The translations under genes were made by a program, and so were the position numbers. A stretch of 64,000 bases of DNA. Source: Oceanospirillaceae bacterium. GTDB lineage: Bacteria > Pseudomonadota > Gammaproteobacteria > Pseudomonadales > Balneatricaceae. Location: NCBI GenBank assembly GCA_036960485.1, contig JBALXS010000016.1:634-64633 (forward strand), given 5' to 3'. Below, in pieces: positions 38,819 through 50,163 of this stretch (the first letter of the stretch is position 1; each line of letters opens with the position of its first letter). A model generated the notes under the pieces. That model had not been told where the DNA came from. It did no database searches and was given only the letters and a program-made list of their open reading frames with translations.

Positions 38819-41089
38819 ATGGTAAAGGTAAGAGACGATCATCCTGTGCATGAAGATGGCACAGTAGATATTACGCTTTGGATTTCAATGATTGAAGAGC
38901 AGGTCAACCTTGAAAACCCAGATAAAGTATATCAAGCGTGTGAAATGGCAAGGGATGCTTTTGATCAACAGCAGAATCTTGATGAGGATTGGACTAACTA
39001 CGGCAGCGGTAGTTTTTTAATTGGGCTTGAAATGGCGCAAATTTTATCTGAGCTACAACAAGATGAAAACTCTATCATCGCCGCTATTTTGTATCGCTCA
39101 GTAAGAGAAAAAAAGCTATCACTTGAGCATGTAAAGCAATCTTTTGGCCCAAAAATAAGTACCTGTATTGAAGGGGTACTTCAGATGGCAGCTATTGGTA
39201 GCCGCATTAATCCGCGCACCGGTGAAGCTGTGTTAGGCTCTGATGCTCCGCAAGTTGATACTGTGCGCAAAATGTTAGTAGCCATGATTGATGATGTGCG
39301 TGTTGCGTTGATCAAAATAGCAGAGCGAACTTGCGCCATCCGAAATGTGAAAAATGCAGATAGAATGAAGCGCTATTTAGTAGCACGAGAAGTGTTTGAT
39401 ATTTATGCACCTCTAGCGCACAGATTAGGTATTGGTCATATAAAGTGGGAACTTGAAGATCTTTCGTTTCGCTATCTAAAGCCCAATGATTACAAAACAA
39501 TTGCCAATATGCTAGATGGTAAGCGTATTGAACGCCAGGACTTTATCGATACTGCCGTGGATACTGTTTACAGTAAACTGTTAGAGCAAAGTATTGAATC
39601 TGATGTAAAAGGGCGTGCTAAGCACATTTATAGCATTTGGCGAAAAATGCAGCGTAAAAATATTGAGTTTTCTCAAGTCTACGATATGCGTGCAGTGCGC
39701 GTTTTAGTGCCTAATGTTCGAGATTGCTATGCAGCGTTAGGCATTGTTCATGGAATTTGGCGTAATATACCCCATGAATTTGACGACTATATTGCTTCAC
39801 CTAAGCCAAACGGTTATCGATCGCTGCATACTGCTGTATTTGGCCCTGAAGGCAAAGTACTTGAGATTCAAATTCGCACCCCAGAAATGCATGAAGAAGC
39901 TGAGCTGGGTGTTTGTGCGCATCATGTATACAAAGGCACTGACACCGATTCAAATAGCGATTCTTATGAAGATAAAATCACTTGGTTACGACAGGTTTTA
40001 GAGTGGCATGAGGATTTAGGCGAGGCCGAAGGCTTAGGCGAGATACTAAGAACGGACGTAGTACAAGACAGATTGTATTTATTTACACCAGATGGCCATG
40101 TTATTGATATGCAAAAAGGCTCTACTGCCGTCGACTTTGCTTATCGTGTGCACACTGAAATTGGCCATCGCTGCTGTGGTGCCAAAGTAAATGGGCGAAT
40201 CATCACCTTAAATAAGCCATTAACAACAGGGGATCAAGTTGAAATTTTAACGGGGTCTGAGCAACGCCCTCGAAGAGATTGGCTAAATATCAATTTAGGG
40301 TATGTCACAACCTCTAAAGCGAGAGCTAGGGTAGCACACTGGTTTAAATTGCAAGACAGGGATAAAAATATTATTGCTGGTCGCAATATTATTGACAGAG
40401 AATTTGTAAGGTTAGCTATTAATGGCAATGAAATAGATCTCAAAGTAGCTGCCAAAGAAGTGAATTATCATCAAGTTGATGACATGTATGCAGCTCTAGG
40501 GGCGGGCGATGTAAGATTATCGCAAATACTCAATGCAGCGCAGTCACAACTGGGTGAAAAGGAAGAGGACGATCAATTACCGCTCGCTTTAACAGAAGGT
40601 AAAAAATCACCAAATAGTGCTTTAGCCGACTCTGGTATCAGTATTCTAGGGGTTGGGAACTTGTTGACAAATATTGCTTCGTGTTGCCAGCCAGTGCCTG
40701 GAGATTTAATTAGTGGTTATATTACAATAAGCAAAGGTGTGTCAGTGCACCGCGATGATTGCCCTAATCTAATGACATTACGTGCTAATGATGCAGTGCG
40801 TGTGGTGCCTGTCGAGTGGGGTGAAAAAGGAGAGCGAACCTTCCCAGTTGATGTTGTAATTCTTGCATACGATCGCTCTGGCTTATTAAGAGATCTCATG
40901 AATGTCTTTGCTAATGAGCAAAGTAACGTTGTTTCGGCCAATACAATCACTGATCGACAAGATAGTACTGCTCAATCTGTCTTTACTATTGAAGTCTCTA
41001 GGTTGGAAAGTTTAGGGCGTTTAATGGATAAGTTAAATCAAGTACCTAATGTAATAAGTGTTCACCGTAATAGAAACGTTAAAAATTGA
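38819..41089 (+). CDS. relA: (p)ppGpp synthetase RelA (degenerate hydrolase domain)
   Basis: MVKVR start after AAGGAG; AAILYRSV in place of HD; GRAKHIYSIW, KPNGYRSLH, EIQIRT; TGS and ACT domains. Confidence 0.96.
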   Translation: MVKVRDDHPVHEDGTVDITLWISMIEEQVNLENPDKVYQACEMARDAFDQQQNLDEDWTNYGSGSFLIGLEMAQILSELQQDENSIIAAILYRSVREKKLSLEHVKQSFGPKISTCIEGVLQMAAIGSRINPRTGEAVLGSDAPQVDTVRKMLVAMIDDVRVALIKIAERTCAIRNVKNADRMKRYLVAREVFDIYAPLAHRLGIGHIKWELEDLSFRYLKPNDYKTIANMLDGKRIERQDFIDTAVDTVYSKLLEQSIESDVKGRAKHIYSIWRKMQRKNIEFSQVYDMRAVRVLVPNVRDCYAALGIVHGIWRNIPHEFDDYIASPKPNGYRSLHTAVFGPEGKVLEIQIRTPEMHEEAELGVCAHHVYKGTDTDSNSDSYEDKITWLRQVLEWHEDLGEAEGLGEILRTDVVQDRLYLFTPDGHVIDMQKGSTAVDFAYRVHTEIGHRCCGAKVNGRIITLNKPLTTGDQVEILTGSEQRPRRDWLNINLGYVTTSKARARVAHWFKLQDRDKNIIAGRNIIDREFVRLAINGNEIDLKVAAKEVNYHQVDDMYAALGAGDVRLSQILNAAQSQLGEKEEDDQLPLALTEGKKSPNSALADSGISILGVGNLLTNIASCCQPVPGDLISGYITISKGVSVHRDDCPNLMTLRANDAVRVVPVEWGEKGERTFPVDVVILAYDRSGLLRDLMNVFANEQSNVVSANTITDRQDSTAQSVFTIEVSRLESLGRLMDKLNQVPNVISVHRNRNVKN

Positions 41090-41098
41090 GGATGAGTA

Positions 41099-41938
41099 GT
41101 GAGTACTGAATCACTAGATAGAAGGTATGTTCTAACCGATCTTGTTTATTTAATGGAGCGTTTAAGGGAGCCAGAATTTGGCTGCCCTTGGGATATAAAA
41201 CAGGATTTTGCCAGTGTTGTTCCTTATACATTAGAAGAGTGCTATGAGGTAATTGATGCTATTGAAGCAAAAGATTGGGCACATTTATCAGAAGAGTTAG
41301 GTGATTTACTTTTTCAAATAATTTTCTACAGTCAAATAGCCACTGAGCAGCACTTATTTGACTTTTCTGATGTCATTCATCAGTTAGTAAGTAAGCTTAT
41401 TCGCCGCCATCCGCATGTTTTTTTAGATAAGCAATTAGAAGCAAAAGTGATTCACAAACCTAGCGAGGAGGAAATTCGTCACAGCTGGGAGGAAATAAAG
41501 CAGTGGGAGCGTGAGCAAAAAAGTGCAGTTCAAAACAAAGAAAGCTATATTTTGGATGATGTCCCCAAGGCATTACCTGCGTTACTAAGAGCGCAAAAAT
41601 TACAAAATCGTGCATCTAAAGTGGGCTTTGACTGGCATGATCTAGATCCAGTTATAGCTAAGATTGAGGAAGAGTTAGCAGAGCTGAAAGAAGCAGTGGC
41701 AAGTAAAAATATCGATGCAGTTAAAGATGAAATGGGTGATTTTCTCTTTGCTCAGGTTAATTTGGCACGGCATTTAGGCGTAAATGCAGAAGAAGCGTTG
41801 AGAGGAACAAATCAAAAGTTTTATCGCCGCTTCAAATATGTAGAACAACAAGTAGTTGCCAGTGAAAGAGATTGGGAAAAATTTAATCTAATGGAGTTAG
41901 ACAACTTTTGGAATGAGGCTAAAAAGCGAGGTTTGTAG
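41099..41938 (+). CDS. mazG: Nucleoside triphosphate pyrophosphohydrolase MazG
   Basis: GCPWDIKQ, EELGDLLFQ, RRHPHVF, EMGDFLF. Confidence 0.96.
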   Translation: MSTESLDRRYVLTDLVYLMERLREPEFGCPWDIKQDFASVVPYTLEECYEVIDAIEAKDWAHLSEELGDLLFQIIFYSQIATEQHLFDFSDVIHQLVSKLIRRHPHVFLDKQLEAKVIHKPSEEEIRHSWEEIKQWEREQKSAVQNKESYILDDVPKALPALLRAQKLQNRASKVGFDWHDLDPVIAKIEEELAELKEAVASKNIDAVKDEMGDFLFAQVNLARHLGVNAEEALRGTNQKFYRRFKYVEQQVVASERDWEKFNLMELDNFWNEAKKRGL

Positions 41939-42191
41939 GTTAAATACGACAATAAGCGTTAATAGGGGTTGAGTCCTAAAGCGCTTTAGATTACTCTCGG
42001 CTGCTTTGTAGTTTTAATTAAACTGAAATATTAAGCTTAGCGCAACTCTAATGCGTTAAGGCTAAGCTTGTTGCTACTTAAGTCCTATAGTGTATAAAAA
42101 TATATAAGGTATCCTGTGAATACTTATAGATACTAGTTGATAACACATTAGAGAACATAAAGTGTAAATGCGACGAACCCATTTTTTTTAA

Positions 42192-42872
<681 letters not shown>

Positions 42873-42886
42873 TAAGCTTTATAATT

Positions 42887-42914
42887 AAAAAAGCCGCCAT
42901 GAGCGGCTTTTTTT
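42887..42914 (+). terminator. Rho-independent terminator after adk
   Basis: AAAAAAGCCGC-CATGA-GCGGCTTTTTTT. Confidence 0.9.
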
Positions 42915-42944
42915 GTGCTTTTTTAAAATAAGTAGTGAGTATAA

Positions 42945-43976
42945 ATGTCTCAGGTTGAAAAAACGGCCGTAGTGTTAGTAAATCTGGGTACTCCAGAGCA
43001 AGCGAATGAGCAGTCTGTTAGAGCGTTTTTAGGAGAGTTCTTAGCAGATTCAAGAGTAATAGAAGGACATGGGCCGAGGCGATGGCTATGGCTTGCTATA
43101 TTAAACTTGATTGTGCTGCGCACACGGCCCAAAAAGGTAGCGAAGCTTTATCAGGATATATGGAAAGAAGACTCTCCAATGCGCATTATATTACACAATC
43201 AAGTAGATGAACTGCAAAAATCGCTAACAAAAATATACAGCAACCCCCCACAGGTATTTGCAGCAATGACATACGGGGCGTCTAATTTAACTTCCGTGTT
43301 ACAACAATTGCAGCAGCAAAAGTATAGCCAAGTTTTTGTTATGCCACTTTTTCCACAGTACTCAGCGACATCTACTGGGCCGGTATACGATAAAGTTGCC
43401 CAGTTTCAAAAAAATGCGCGTGATGTCTTAGATATTAGAATTCTAAAATCTTATTACAATCACCATTTATATATCCAGGCGCTTGCTCAAAGCATTGAAA
43501 AACATTGGAGTAAGCATCAGCCAGCACAGAAATTAATGTTTTCTTACCATGGCATACCTCAGCAATATGCTGATGATGGCGACCCGTACCCACAACAGTG
43601 TTTTGAAACGACGCGGTTAGTGAAAGAAGCACTACTGACAGGCCCATTTGCCGAACGCGCTAATCAGATCATTAGTAGTTTTCAATCTCGATTTGGCGTT
43701 ACTAAATGGGTAGAGCCTTATACAGATGTTACCTTAGAAGAATTAGCTAAGGATGGAATCGAATCCATAGATGTTATTTGTCCTGCTTTTTCTGCAGATT
43801 GCCTAGAAACACTAGAAGAAATAGCACAAACCAATAAACAAGTTTTTATTGAAAATGGTGGCAGTGAGTATCGTTATATCGAGGCTTTAAATGCCCAACC
43901 ACTTTTTATAGAAACACTATTTACTATTTTACAACAACAAGCCGCGGATTGGCTGGGAGAAAAAATTGAAACCTGA
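42945..43976 (+). CDS. hemH: Ferrochelatase
   Basis: LVNLGTP, PLFPQYSATSTG, FSYHGIP, FQSRFG, ADCLETLEEI. Confidence 0.96.
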   Translation: MSQVEKTAVVLVNLGTPEQANEQSVRAFLGEFLADSRVIEGHGPRRWLWLAILNLIVLRTRPKKVAKLYQDIWKEDSPMRIILHNQVDELQKSLTKIYSNPPQVFAAMTYGASNLTSVLQQLQQQKYSQVFVMPLFPQYSATSTGPVYDKVAQFQKNARDVLDIRILKSYYNHHLYIQALAQSIEKHWSKHQPAQKLMFSYHGIPQQYADDGDPYPQQCFETTRLVKEALLTGPFAERANQIISSFQSRFGVTKWVEPYTDVTLEELAKDGIESIDVICPAFSADCLETLEEIAQTNKQVFIENGGSEYRYIEALNAQPLFIETLFTILQQQAADWLGEKIET

Positions 43977-44709
43977 TGTGCTTTTTGGTTTTCATGCAGT
44001 GAAAACAACGTTGAAATACAATGCATCACGTATCCAAAAAATGTTGATTATCGCTGATCGTAAAGATGATCGAATAGGGGAGGTCATAGATACAGCGCAG
44101 CAATTAGATATTGAGATTGAGCGCTGTAATAGAAAAACGTTAGATGATCTTACTGACAAAGCCAGCCACCAAGGTGTTGTTGTGCTTTGCGAGCCAATTA
44201 AAGCGGAAGATGAGAAGTTCCTTAATGAACTACTTGAAAAATTAGAAGCTCCCGCTTTCTTATTAGTACTGGATGGCGTCACTGACCCGCACAATTTGGG
44301 CGCTTGTATTCGTAGTGCCGATGCAGCCGGAGTGCATGCAGTTATAGCACCTAAAAATAACTCAGCCCCTTTAAATGCAACAGTGGCTAAAGTTGCTTGT
44401 GGGGCAACAGATGTTATTCCCTATGTGCAAGTAACTAATTTATCTAGAACGTTACAACAGCTACAGCAAAGAGGCATTTGGATTGCAGGTACTTCAGGTG
44501 ATGCAGAGCAAAACCTTTACCAAGCAAACCTAGAAGGGCCTCTTGCGATTGTTATGGGTGCAGAAGGTAAAGGAATGCGCAGGCTTACTCAAGAAAATTG
44601 CGACTTCCTACTCAAGCTTCCAATGGCAGGAGAGGTGAGCAGTTTGAACGTGTCTGTTGCAGCAGGTGTGTGTTTATATGAAGCGGTAAGGCAGCGCAGT
44701 AAAGTGTAA
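43966..44709 (+). CDS. rlmB: 23S rRNA (Gm2251) methyltransferase
   Basis: HQGVV, LDGVTDPHNLGAC, GAEGKG, SSLNVSVA; overlaps hemH by 11 nt. Confidence 0.95.
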   Translation: MKPDVLFGFHAVKTTLKYNASRIQKMLIIADRKDDRIGEVIDTAQQLDIEIERCNRKTLDDLTDKASHQGVVVLCEPIKAEDEKFLNELLEKLEAPAFLLVLDGVTDPHNLGACIRSADAAGVHAVIAPKNNSAPLNATVAKVACGATDVIPYVQVTNLSRTLQQLQQRGIWIAGTSGDAEQNLYQANLEGPLAIVMGAEGKGMRRLTQENCDFLLKLPMAGEVSSLNVSVAAGVCLYEAVRQRSKV

Positions 44710-44718
44710 TTTATATCG

Positions 44719-44744
44719 AAAAAAACCGCTAATGCGGTTTTTTT
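44719..44744. terminator. Bidirectional terminator after rlmB
   Basis: AAAAAAACCGC-TAAT-GCGGTTTTTTT. Confidence 0.9.
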
Positions 44745-44804
44745 ATAGCAAATAATCTGCAGCTGTCATGATGTTACGGCTGCAGATATTCAATATCAAT
44801 CGGC

Positions 44805-45058
44805 GCGATACGCCAAGTTTATTATGTGTGCAATAGTCAACAGCTGAGCAGCTAGATTATTAGTTTTGAGAGAGCCCTGTTAGCGTCTATAAGATCACTA
44901 TTAGTGTTGGTTCGCAAAGGCGAGACCTCCATTTAAACTCAACATCCGTCACTTTGATACGCTTGTAGCTGGTTTGATTTTTTGCGGGTATTTCGATTGT
45001 TCGTTGCGTAGCAGGAACCATTTCAGAACGAGTGGTAGTGGTAGTGGTTCCTGATGAT
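44805..45058 (-). pseudogene. Degraded C-terminal fragment of a peptidoglycan-binding-domain protein
   Basis: Frameshifted pieces VPATQRTIEIPAK...KVTDVEFKWRSRLCE / TNTNSDLI / NKLGVS resemble recalled IEIPA...EWRSILCETN...LGV proteins. Confidence 0.45.
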
Positions 45059-45157
45059 TATGCAAAAAATAATACCTATTTTATGTTTTTAAACCACCAG
45101 TAGAAATTATTTCTTTATTACTATTAAATTCATATACAATTTATCTTCATTTGTTAT

Positions 45158-45490
45158 TTAAAAGTACAGCTTTTTTCCACCTAACATGTGTAAATGAATA
45201 TGAAATACTATTTGTCCACCATCTTCATTACAATTAAAAACGGTTCGATAACCATCTTCTGCAATACCTACTTTTTTCGCTAACATGCTCGCCACTTTAA
45301 CCATTCTACCTACTAGAGGTGTATCTTCATCTGTTACATCATTTAATGTTTTAATATGTTTTTTGGGTATTATTAAAAAATGATAAGGCGCTTTAGGGTT
45401 GATGTCATCAAAAGCAATTATCTCATTATCTTCGTAATGTATCGTTGCTGGAATTTCACGGTTTATAATTTTACAGAATAAACAATCCAT
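45158..45490 (-). CDS. hinT: Histidine triad nucleotide-binding protein
   Basis: MDCLFCKII, DINPKAP.H, GGQIVFHIHLHMLGG. Confidence 0.93.
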   Translation of the reverse strand: MDCLFCKIINREIPATIHYEDNEIIAFDDINPKAPYHFLIIPKKHIKTLNDVTDEDTPLVGRMVKVASMLAKKVGIAEDGYRTVFNCNEDGGQIVFHIHLHMLGGKKLYF

Positions 45491-45567
45491 AATTAGTCTC
45501 GCTTGGTTAATGCATTTAGAGTTGAATCAAATTATACAACTTAAGTTGGTTAAATGTGTGGTGCAGC

Positions 45568-46743
45568 TCACCTTAAAATTTTATTTTTACTCATGATTTT
45601 AGATGCATACAAAAATATCATTCCCAGTAGTAGGCCCCAAAAAGCAGATCCTATCGAGAAAAATGTAGTGCCTGAAACAGTGACTAAAAATGTAATTAAA
45701 GCTGCTTCTCGCTCACTTGTATTTACAAGTGCATTAGACAAACTATTTGCTAGAGTATTTAAAAGTGCTAGCCCAGCAATAGCGGCAATAAGTGCTTTGG
45801 GTGCTATTAAGAAGAAGCTGACAACAGTTGCGCCGAACAAACCAATTATAATGTAAAAAATTCCAGTGGTAATACCTGCAATAAAACGGGTTTTTTTATT
45901 AGAATCAACTTCTTCAGAGCAACATATGGCTGCGGTGATTGCCGCTAAATTATAGGAAAATCCACCCAGTGGTGCCAGCAGCATAGTGGCTATACCAGTT
46001 ACACACAGCGCTGACGATACTGGAGGCTGATAACCTGCCGCTTTTAACGTTGCTATGCCGGGCACATTTTGCGATGTCATGGTTACAATGAATAGCGGTA
46101 TGGCAACGCTAATGATAGTTGCTATAGAAAAACTGGGCATTACCCATACAGGGCTGGCTAAAGTCAGTGCTAATTTTTGATCGATAAAGAGATTTTGCTG
46201 CCAGCAAATAAGTATTCCGATCATTAGTACTATTGGAATATTAAAGTTTTTAAACAGTGATTTTCCAAATAAATAGCTCATCATCATTATAATGATCAAT
46301 ACAAATTCCTGTTGTAGTGCAGAGAAGATCTCTAAGCCAAATTGAAATAAAATACCTGCAAGCATAGCGTTGGCGATTGAATTGGGGATTAGATGTTGTA
46401 TTTTTTCAAACCAACCGGTAATGCCGCAAATGGTGACTAATAAGCCGCTAATTATGAAGCTGCCGATAGCTAAAGATATATCAACACCAGCTAAGGAGGT
46501 AACTAATAGAGCAGCACCAGGAGTGGACCATGCAGTGATGATAGGCATACGAAAAACTACTGATAAAAGGATAGACGTAATCCCCATGCCCACTCCAAGA
46601 GCAAGCATCCAGCTATTGAGTTGTGCTTGTGAAGTGCCTAAAGATTCTGCTGCTTGGAAGATGATAGCGACGCTACTGGTGTAACCGACTAAAACAGCAA
46701 TAAAGCCCGCAGATATATGCGTTAACTTCAGTGATTTGATCAT
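45568..46743 (-). CDS. benE: BenE-family benzoate/H+ symporter (YdcO-like)
   Basis: AGFIAVLVGYTSS, AWSTPGAAL, TMTSQNVPG, NLAAITAAIC, AFWGL. Start placed at MIKSLK. Confidence 0.92.
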   Translation of the reverse strand: MIKSLKLTHISAGFIAVLVGYTSSVAIIFQAAESLGTSQAQLNSWMLALGVGMGITSILLSVVFRMPIITAWSTPGAALLVTSLAGVDISLAIGSFIISGLLVTICGITGWFEKIQHLIPNSIANAMLAGILFQFGLEIFSALQQEFVLIIIMMMSYLFGKSLFKNFNIPIVLMIGILICWQQNLFIDQKLALTLASPVWVMPSFSIATIISVAIPLFIVTMTSQNVPGIATLKAAGYQPPVSSALCVTGIATMLLAPLGGFSYNLAAITAAICCSEEVDSNKKTRFIAGITTGIFYIIIGLFGATVVSFFLIAPKALIAAIAGLALLNTLANSLSNALVNTSEREAALITFLVTVSGTTFFSIGSAFWGLLLGMIFLYASKIMSKNKILR

Positions 46744-46960
46744 TATATTTATCTCTGTGGATTGGTTAGCAGTATTTTTTATATATAAATTGGTGTTACA
46801 CAATAATTTATAAGCAAAGGCCGTTTTAAAAGTTTTAATGGATAGTTAGTATAAAAACTTAGGCTGATATTCTTTTATTCCATTTCGTGCGTTATAGTGT
46901 ACAGGCACAGTATCATCGTGCGCTTTAACGCACAAACTAAATTTATAGGTAATAGCAAGT

Positions 46961-47527
46961 ATGCTAAAATCAATTATTGCTAATAATTTAAAAAGGAATC
47001 GTAAAATTCGGCAATGGAGTTTGAGCAAAGCCGCAATAGAGACAACTGTCAGTAAGGCAATGTTAGGCCAAATCGAGCGCCAAGAATCGAGTCCTACCAT
47101 TCTAACAATGTGGAAAATAGCGAAAGGATTTCATTTACCGTTATCAGCGTTAATAGAGCAGCAGCCTAATTGCGAAATATTGCCTTGTGTTGACAAAAAC
47201 ATAAAATATTCATTTGATAGTCAATTGGAATTTCAGGTGTTGTTTGCTTTTGATCCAATCGTTTGTTGTGAAGTATTTGCTCACAGCTTGGCTGCAAATA
47301 GCACCCATTTATCTAATGCACACGACACGGGTGTTATTGAAGATATTATTGTTATTTCTGGTGAGTTTGAAATGTTAACTGATGGACATTGGCAAAGCTT
47401 GAAAGCGGGAGATACTTTGAGGTTTTGCGCAGATACAGCGCATGGGTATCGTAACTTAACTGATAAAACAGCCGTGTTTCATAACATTATTCACTACCCT
47501 AAAACGGTAACTACCACTGAGAATTAG
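46961..47527 (+). CDS. XRE-family HTH plus cupin regulator (SutR/YdcN-like)
   Basis: VSKAMLGQIERQESSPT...WKIA; C-terminal cupin H..GVIE, F.AD.AH.Y.N; divergent from benE. Confidence 0.9.
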   Translation: MLKSIIANNLKRNRKIRQWSLSKAAIETTVSKAMLGQIERQESSPTILTMWKIAKGFHLPLSALIEQQPNCEILPCVDKNIKYSFDSQLEFQVLFAFDPIVCCEVFAHSLAANSTHLSNAHDTGVIEDIIVISGEFEMLTDGHWQSLKAGDTLRFCADTAHGYRNLTDKTAVFHNIIHYPKTVTTTEN

Positions 47528-47531
47528 CTTT

Positions 47532-48623
47532 ATGAAAACATATCAACAGTTGGTATCAAGCGCTGACTTCCAGATGCATGGGCACCCAATTCAAAGTATG
47601 AGTGGCAGTTTTGCAGCAATTTGCAACATTGCTGAAGATGCTCCAAGTGATCGTTACGGTACAGGTGCTGTCATTAATGATTTTGAGAACCAGATATCTG
47701 AGCTATTAGGCAAAGAGAGCGCTATTTTTTTTCCAAGCGGCACTATGGCACAACAGATTGCGATGCGTATTGCTTGTGATCGCAAAAAGCTAGCAAAAGT
47801 AGCCTTTCATCCCTTTTGCCACTTGCAGATACACGAGCAACAAGGTTTGCAAGAACTGCATAATATTGAGGGTTATTTAATAGGAGCAGAAAACCGACTA
47901 TTCGATTTACAAGATTTAGCTAAGTTAGAAGAGGTGTCAGCGGTATTATTTGAATTACCGCAAAGAGAAATAGGCGGTCAGCTTCCTAGTTGGGATGCCT
48001 TGGTTGAAATGTGTAATTGGTGTAAACACCAAGGCATTCATACACATTTAGATGGCGCCAGGCTGTTCGAAGTATTGCCTTTTTATGAAAAGAGCGCTGC
48101 ACAAGTTTGTACTTTATTTGATTCGGTCTACATTTCATTTTATAAAGGGTTAGGAGGAGTTTGTGGTGCCATGCTAGCGGCAAGTACACCTTTTATGGAT
48201 CAAGCCAGAATTTGGAAAAGGCGTCATGGAGGAGATCTGTATCATTTATATCCGTATGTGTTAACAGCTAAACATGCATTAGCATTGCGTGGCAGTAGAA
48301 TGGCAAACTATTGGGAGTTTGCAAAAGCATTCGCTAAACGCTTGAATATGATTGCAGGTATTACAACACTGCCACTCATACCGCAATGTAATATGTTTCA
48401 TGTGCGTTTTACAATAGAGTACCAAGAGCTGCAACAAGCGCTAGCGCAGGTTATTAATAAGCATAATTTAGCACTGCTTCCTGTTTTTCGCCAATATCAC
48501 AGTGGTGAGTACTACATCGAATATTGGGCAGGAGATAATTGCTCCCAAGTAGATACGGATCTATTGAATGATGCGATGACCAGTTTAGCTAGTGAGTTAA
48601 CACCATTAATTATAGCACAATGA
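47532..48623 (+). CDS. Threonine aldolase-family PLP enzyme
   Basis: FFPSGTMAQQ, H..HE, HLDGARL, SFYKGLGG (PLP lysine). Confidence 0.88.
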   Translation: MKTYQQLVSSADFQMHGHPIQSMSGSFAAICNIAEDAPSDRYGTGAVINDFENQISELLGKESAIFFPSGTMAQQIAMRIACDRKKLAKVAFHPFCHLQIHEQQGLQELHNIEGYLIGAENRLFDLQDLAKLEEVSAVLFELPQREIGGQLPSWDALVEMCNWCKHQGIHTHLDGARLFEVLPFYEKSAAQVCTLFDSVYISFYKGLGGVCGAMLAASTPFMDQARIWKRRHGGDLYHLYPYVLTAKHALALRGSRMANYWEFAKAFAKRLNMIAGITTLPLIPQCNMFHVRFTIEYQELQQALAQVINKHNLALLPVFRQYHSGEYYIEYWAGDNCSQVDTDLLNDAMTSLASELTPLIIAQ

Positions 48624-48658
48624 AAATATTCATTGAGGCAATGGCTAAAAATTGAAAA

Positions 48659-50155
48659 TCAGTGCTCTGGAACATGGTATTTTTTCAGAACTTCTCCTGC
48701 ATCATTTATGGATTCTAGTTTTATATTGAACCCCCAGAGCTTGTGTAAGTGTGATAAAACATCTGTTACTGAGTCAGCTAGTGGTCTGTCTTGATGAATA
48801 AAGTGACGAAGCGTTAACGATCTGTCCCCTCGAACGGCGACGTTATAAATTTGAATATTAGGCTCTAAAAATCCTAAATTATATTGGTTTGCAAGATCTT
48901 CTCGCAGCTGTTTGTAGCCTGACTCATCATGAATTGAAGATACTACTAAACTAGGTTTACTGTTGTTATCCAAAATGGCAAAGAGTTTTAATTCACGCAT
49001 TAGATGTGGTGATAAGTACTGCTGAATAAAACTTTCATCTTTAAAGTTTTTCATTGCATAGTGGATTGCATCTAACCAAGGTGTCCCTGCTATTTCTGGG
49101 AACCACTCTTTATCCTCATTCGTGGGCTCTTGGCAAATTCGTTGAATGTCCATCATCATGTGAAAGCCTAATGTATAAGGGTTTATACCATTATAATAAG
49201 GGCTATCAAAAGCGGGTTGGTAAATTACGCTAGTATGAGATTGAAGAAACTCCATGATGAATCCGTCTGTGACTAAGCCTTCAGCGTGCATTTGATTTAG
49301 AATGGTGTAATGCCAAAAACACGCCCAGCCTTCGTTCATTACTTGGGTTTGTTTTTGCGGGTAATAATACTGCGCCATTTTTCGTACAATTCGAATGATT
49401 TCTCGCTGCCATGGTTTTAATAATGGCGCATTTTTTTCAATAAAATAGAGTAAGTTTTCCTCAGGCTCTTGAGGAAAGTTAACTTCTTCTTCAGAGGTTT
49501 GTAGATCACCCTTGTGCGGAATGCTAGTCCATAATGTATTAATATGCTGCTGAATATACTCTTCTCGTTCAGCTATATTCTTGCTTTCTTGCTCAGGCGT
49601 TAATGAAGGGGGACGAATGTAGCGGTTAACACCGAGGTTCATTAAACTATGACAAGAATCCAGCATTAATTCTACCGCTTCAATTCCATAGCGTTCTTCA
49701 CATTTGCTGATATAGTTTTTAGCAAAAACTAAATAGTCGACAATGGAAGACGCGTCAGTCCATGTGCGAAAGAGATAGTTCCCTTTAAAAAAAGAGTTAT
49801 GACCGTAACAAGCATGAGCAATCACTAAAGCTTGCATTGTCATGCTGTTTTCTTCCATTAAATAAGCTATGCATGGATCAGAATTAATAACAATTTCGTA
49901 AGCAAGGCCCATTTTACCTTGTTGATAGTTCTGGCTAGTATCTAAAAAACGTTTTCCATATGACCAATGGTTGTAATGTAATGGCATGCCCACAGAAGCG
50001 TATGCATCCATCATTTGTTCTGAGTTTATAATCTCTATTTGATTAGGGTAGGTGTCTAGTTTAAAACTGGCGGCAATGCGTGCAATTTCGCAATCATATT
50101 GTTCAATTAATGCAAAAGTCCATTGTGCATCGCTGGAAATCGGTAATTTTTTCAT
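48659..50155 (-). CDS. ycgB: SpoVR family protein
   Basis: HWSYGK, GLAYEIVINSDPCIAYL, HACYGHNSFF, TQVMNEGWACFWH. Confidence 0.95.
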   Translation of the reverse strand: MKKLPISSDAQWTFALIEQYDCEIARIAASFKLDTYPNQIEIINSEQMMDAYASVGMPLHYNHWSYGKRFLDTSQNYQQGKMGLAYEIVINSDPCIAYLMEENSMTMQALVIAHACYGHNSFFKGNYLFRTWTDASSIVDYLVFAKNYISKCEERYGIEAVELMLDSCHSLMNLGVNRYIRPPSLTPEQESKNIAEREEYIQQHINTLWTSIPHKGDLQTSEEEVNFPQEPEENLLYFIEKNAPLLKPWQREIIRIVRKMAQYYYPQKQTQVMNEGWACFWHYTILNQMHAEGLVTDGFIMEFLQSHTSVIYQPAFDSPYYNGINPYTLGFHMMMDIQRICQEPTNEDKEWFPEIAGTPWLDAIHYAMKNFKDESFIQQYLSPHLMRELKLFAILDNNSKPSLVVSSIHDESGYKQLREDLANQYNLGFLEPNIQIYNVAVRGDRSLTLRHFIHQDRPLADSVTDVLSHLHKLWGFNIKLESINDAGEVLKKYHVPEH

Positions 50156-50163
50156 AGTTTACC

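Noticed and set aside
42033-42069. Bulged hairpin AAGCTTAGC...GCTAAGCTT upstream of adk as an sRNA or REP
   Set aside because: Single copy in the window with no associated promoter or terminator signal.
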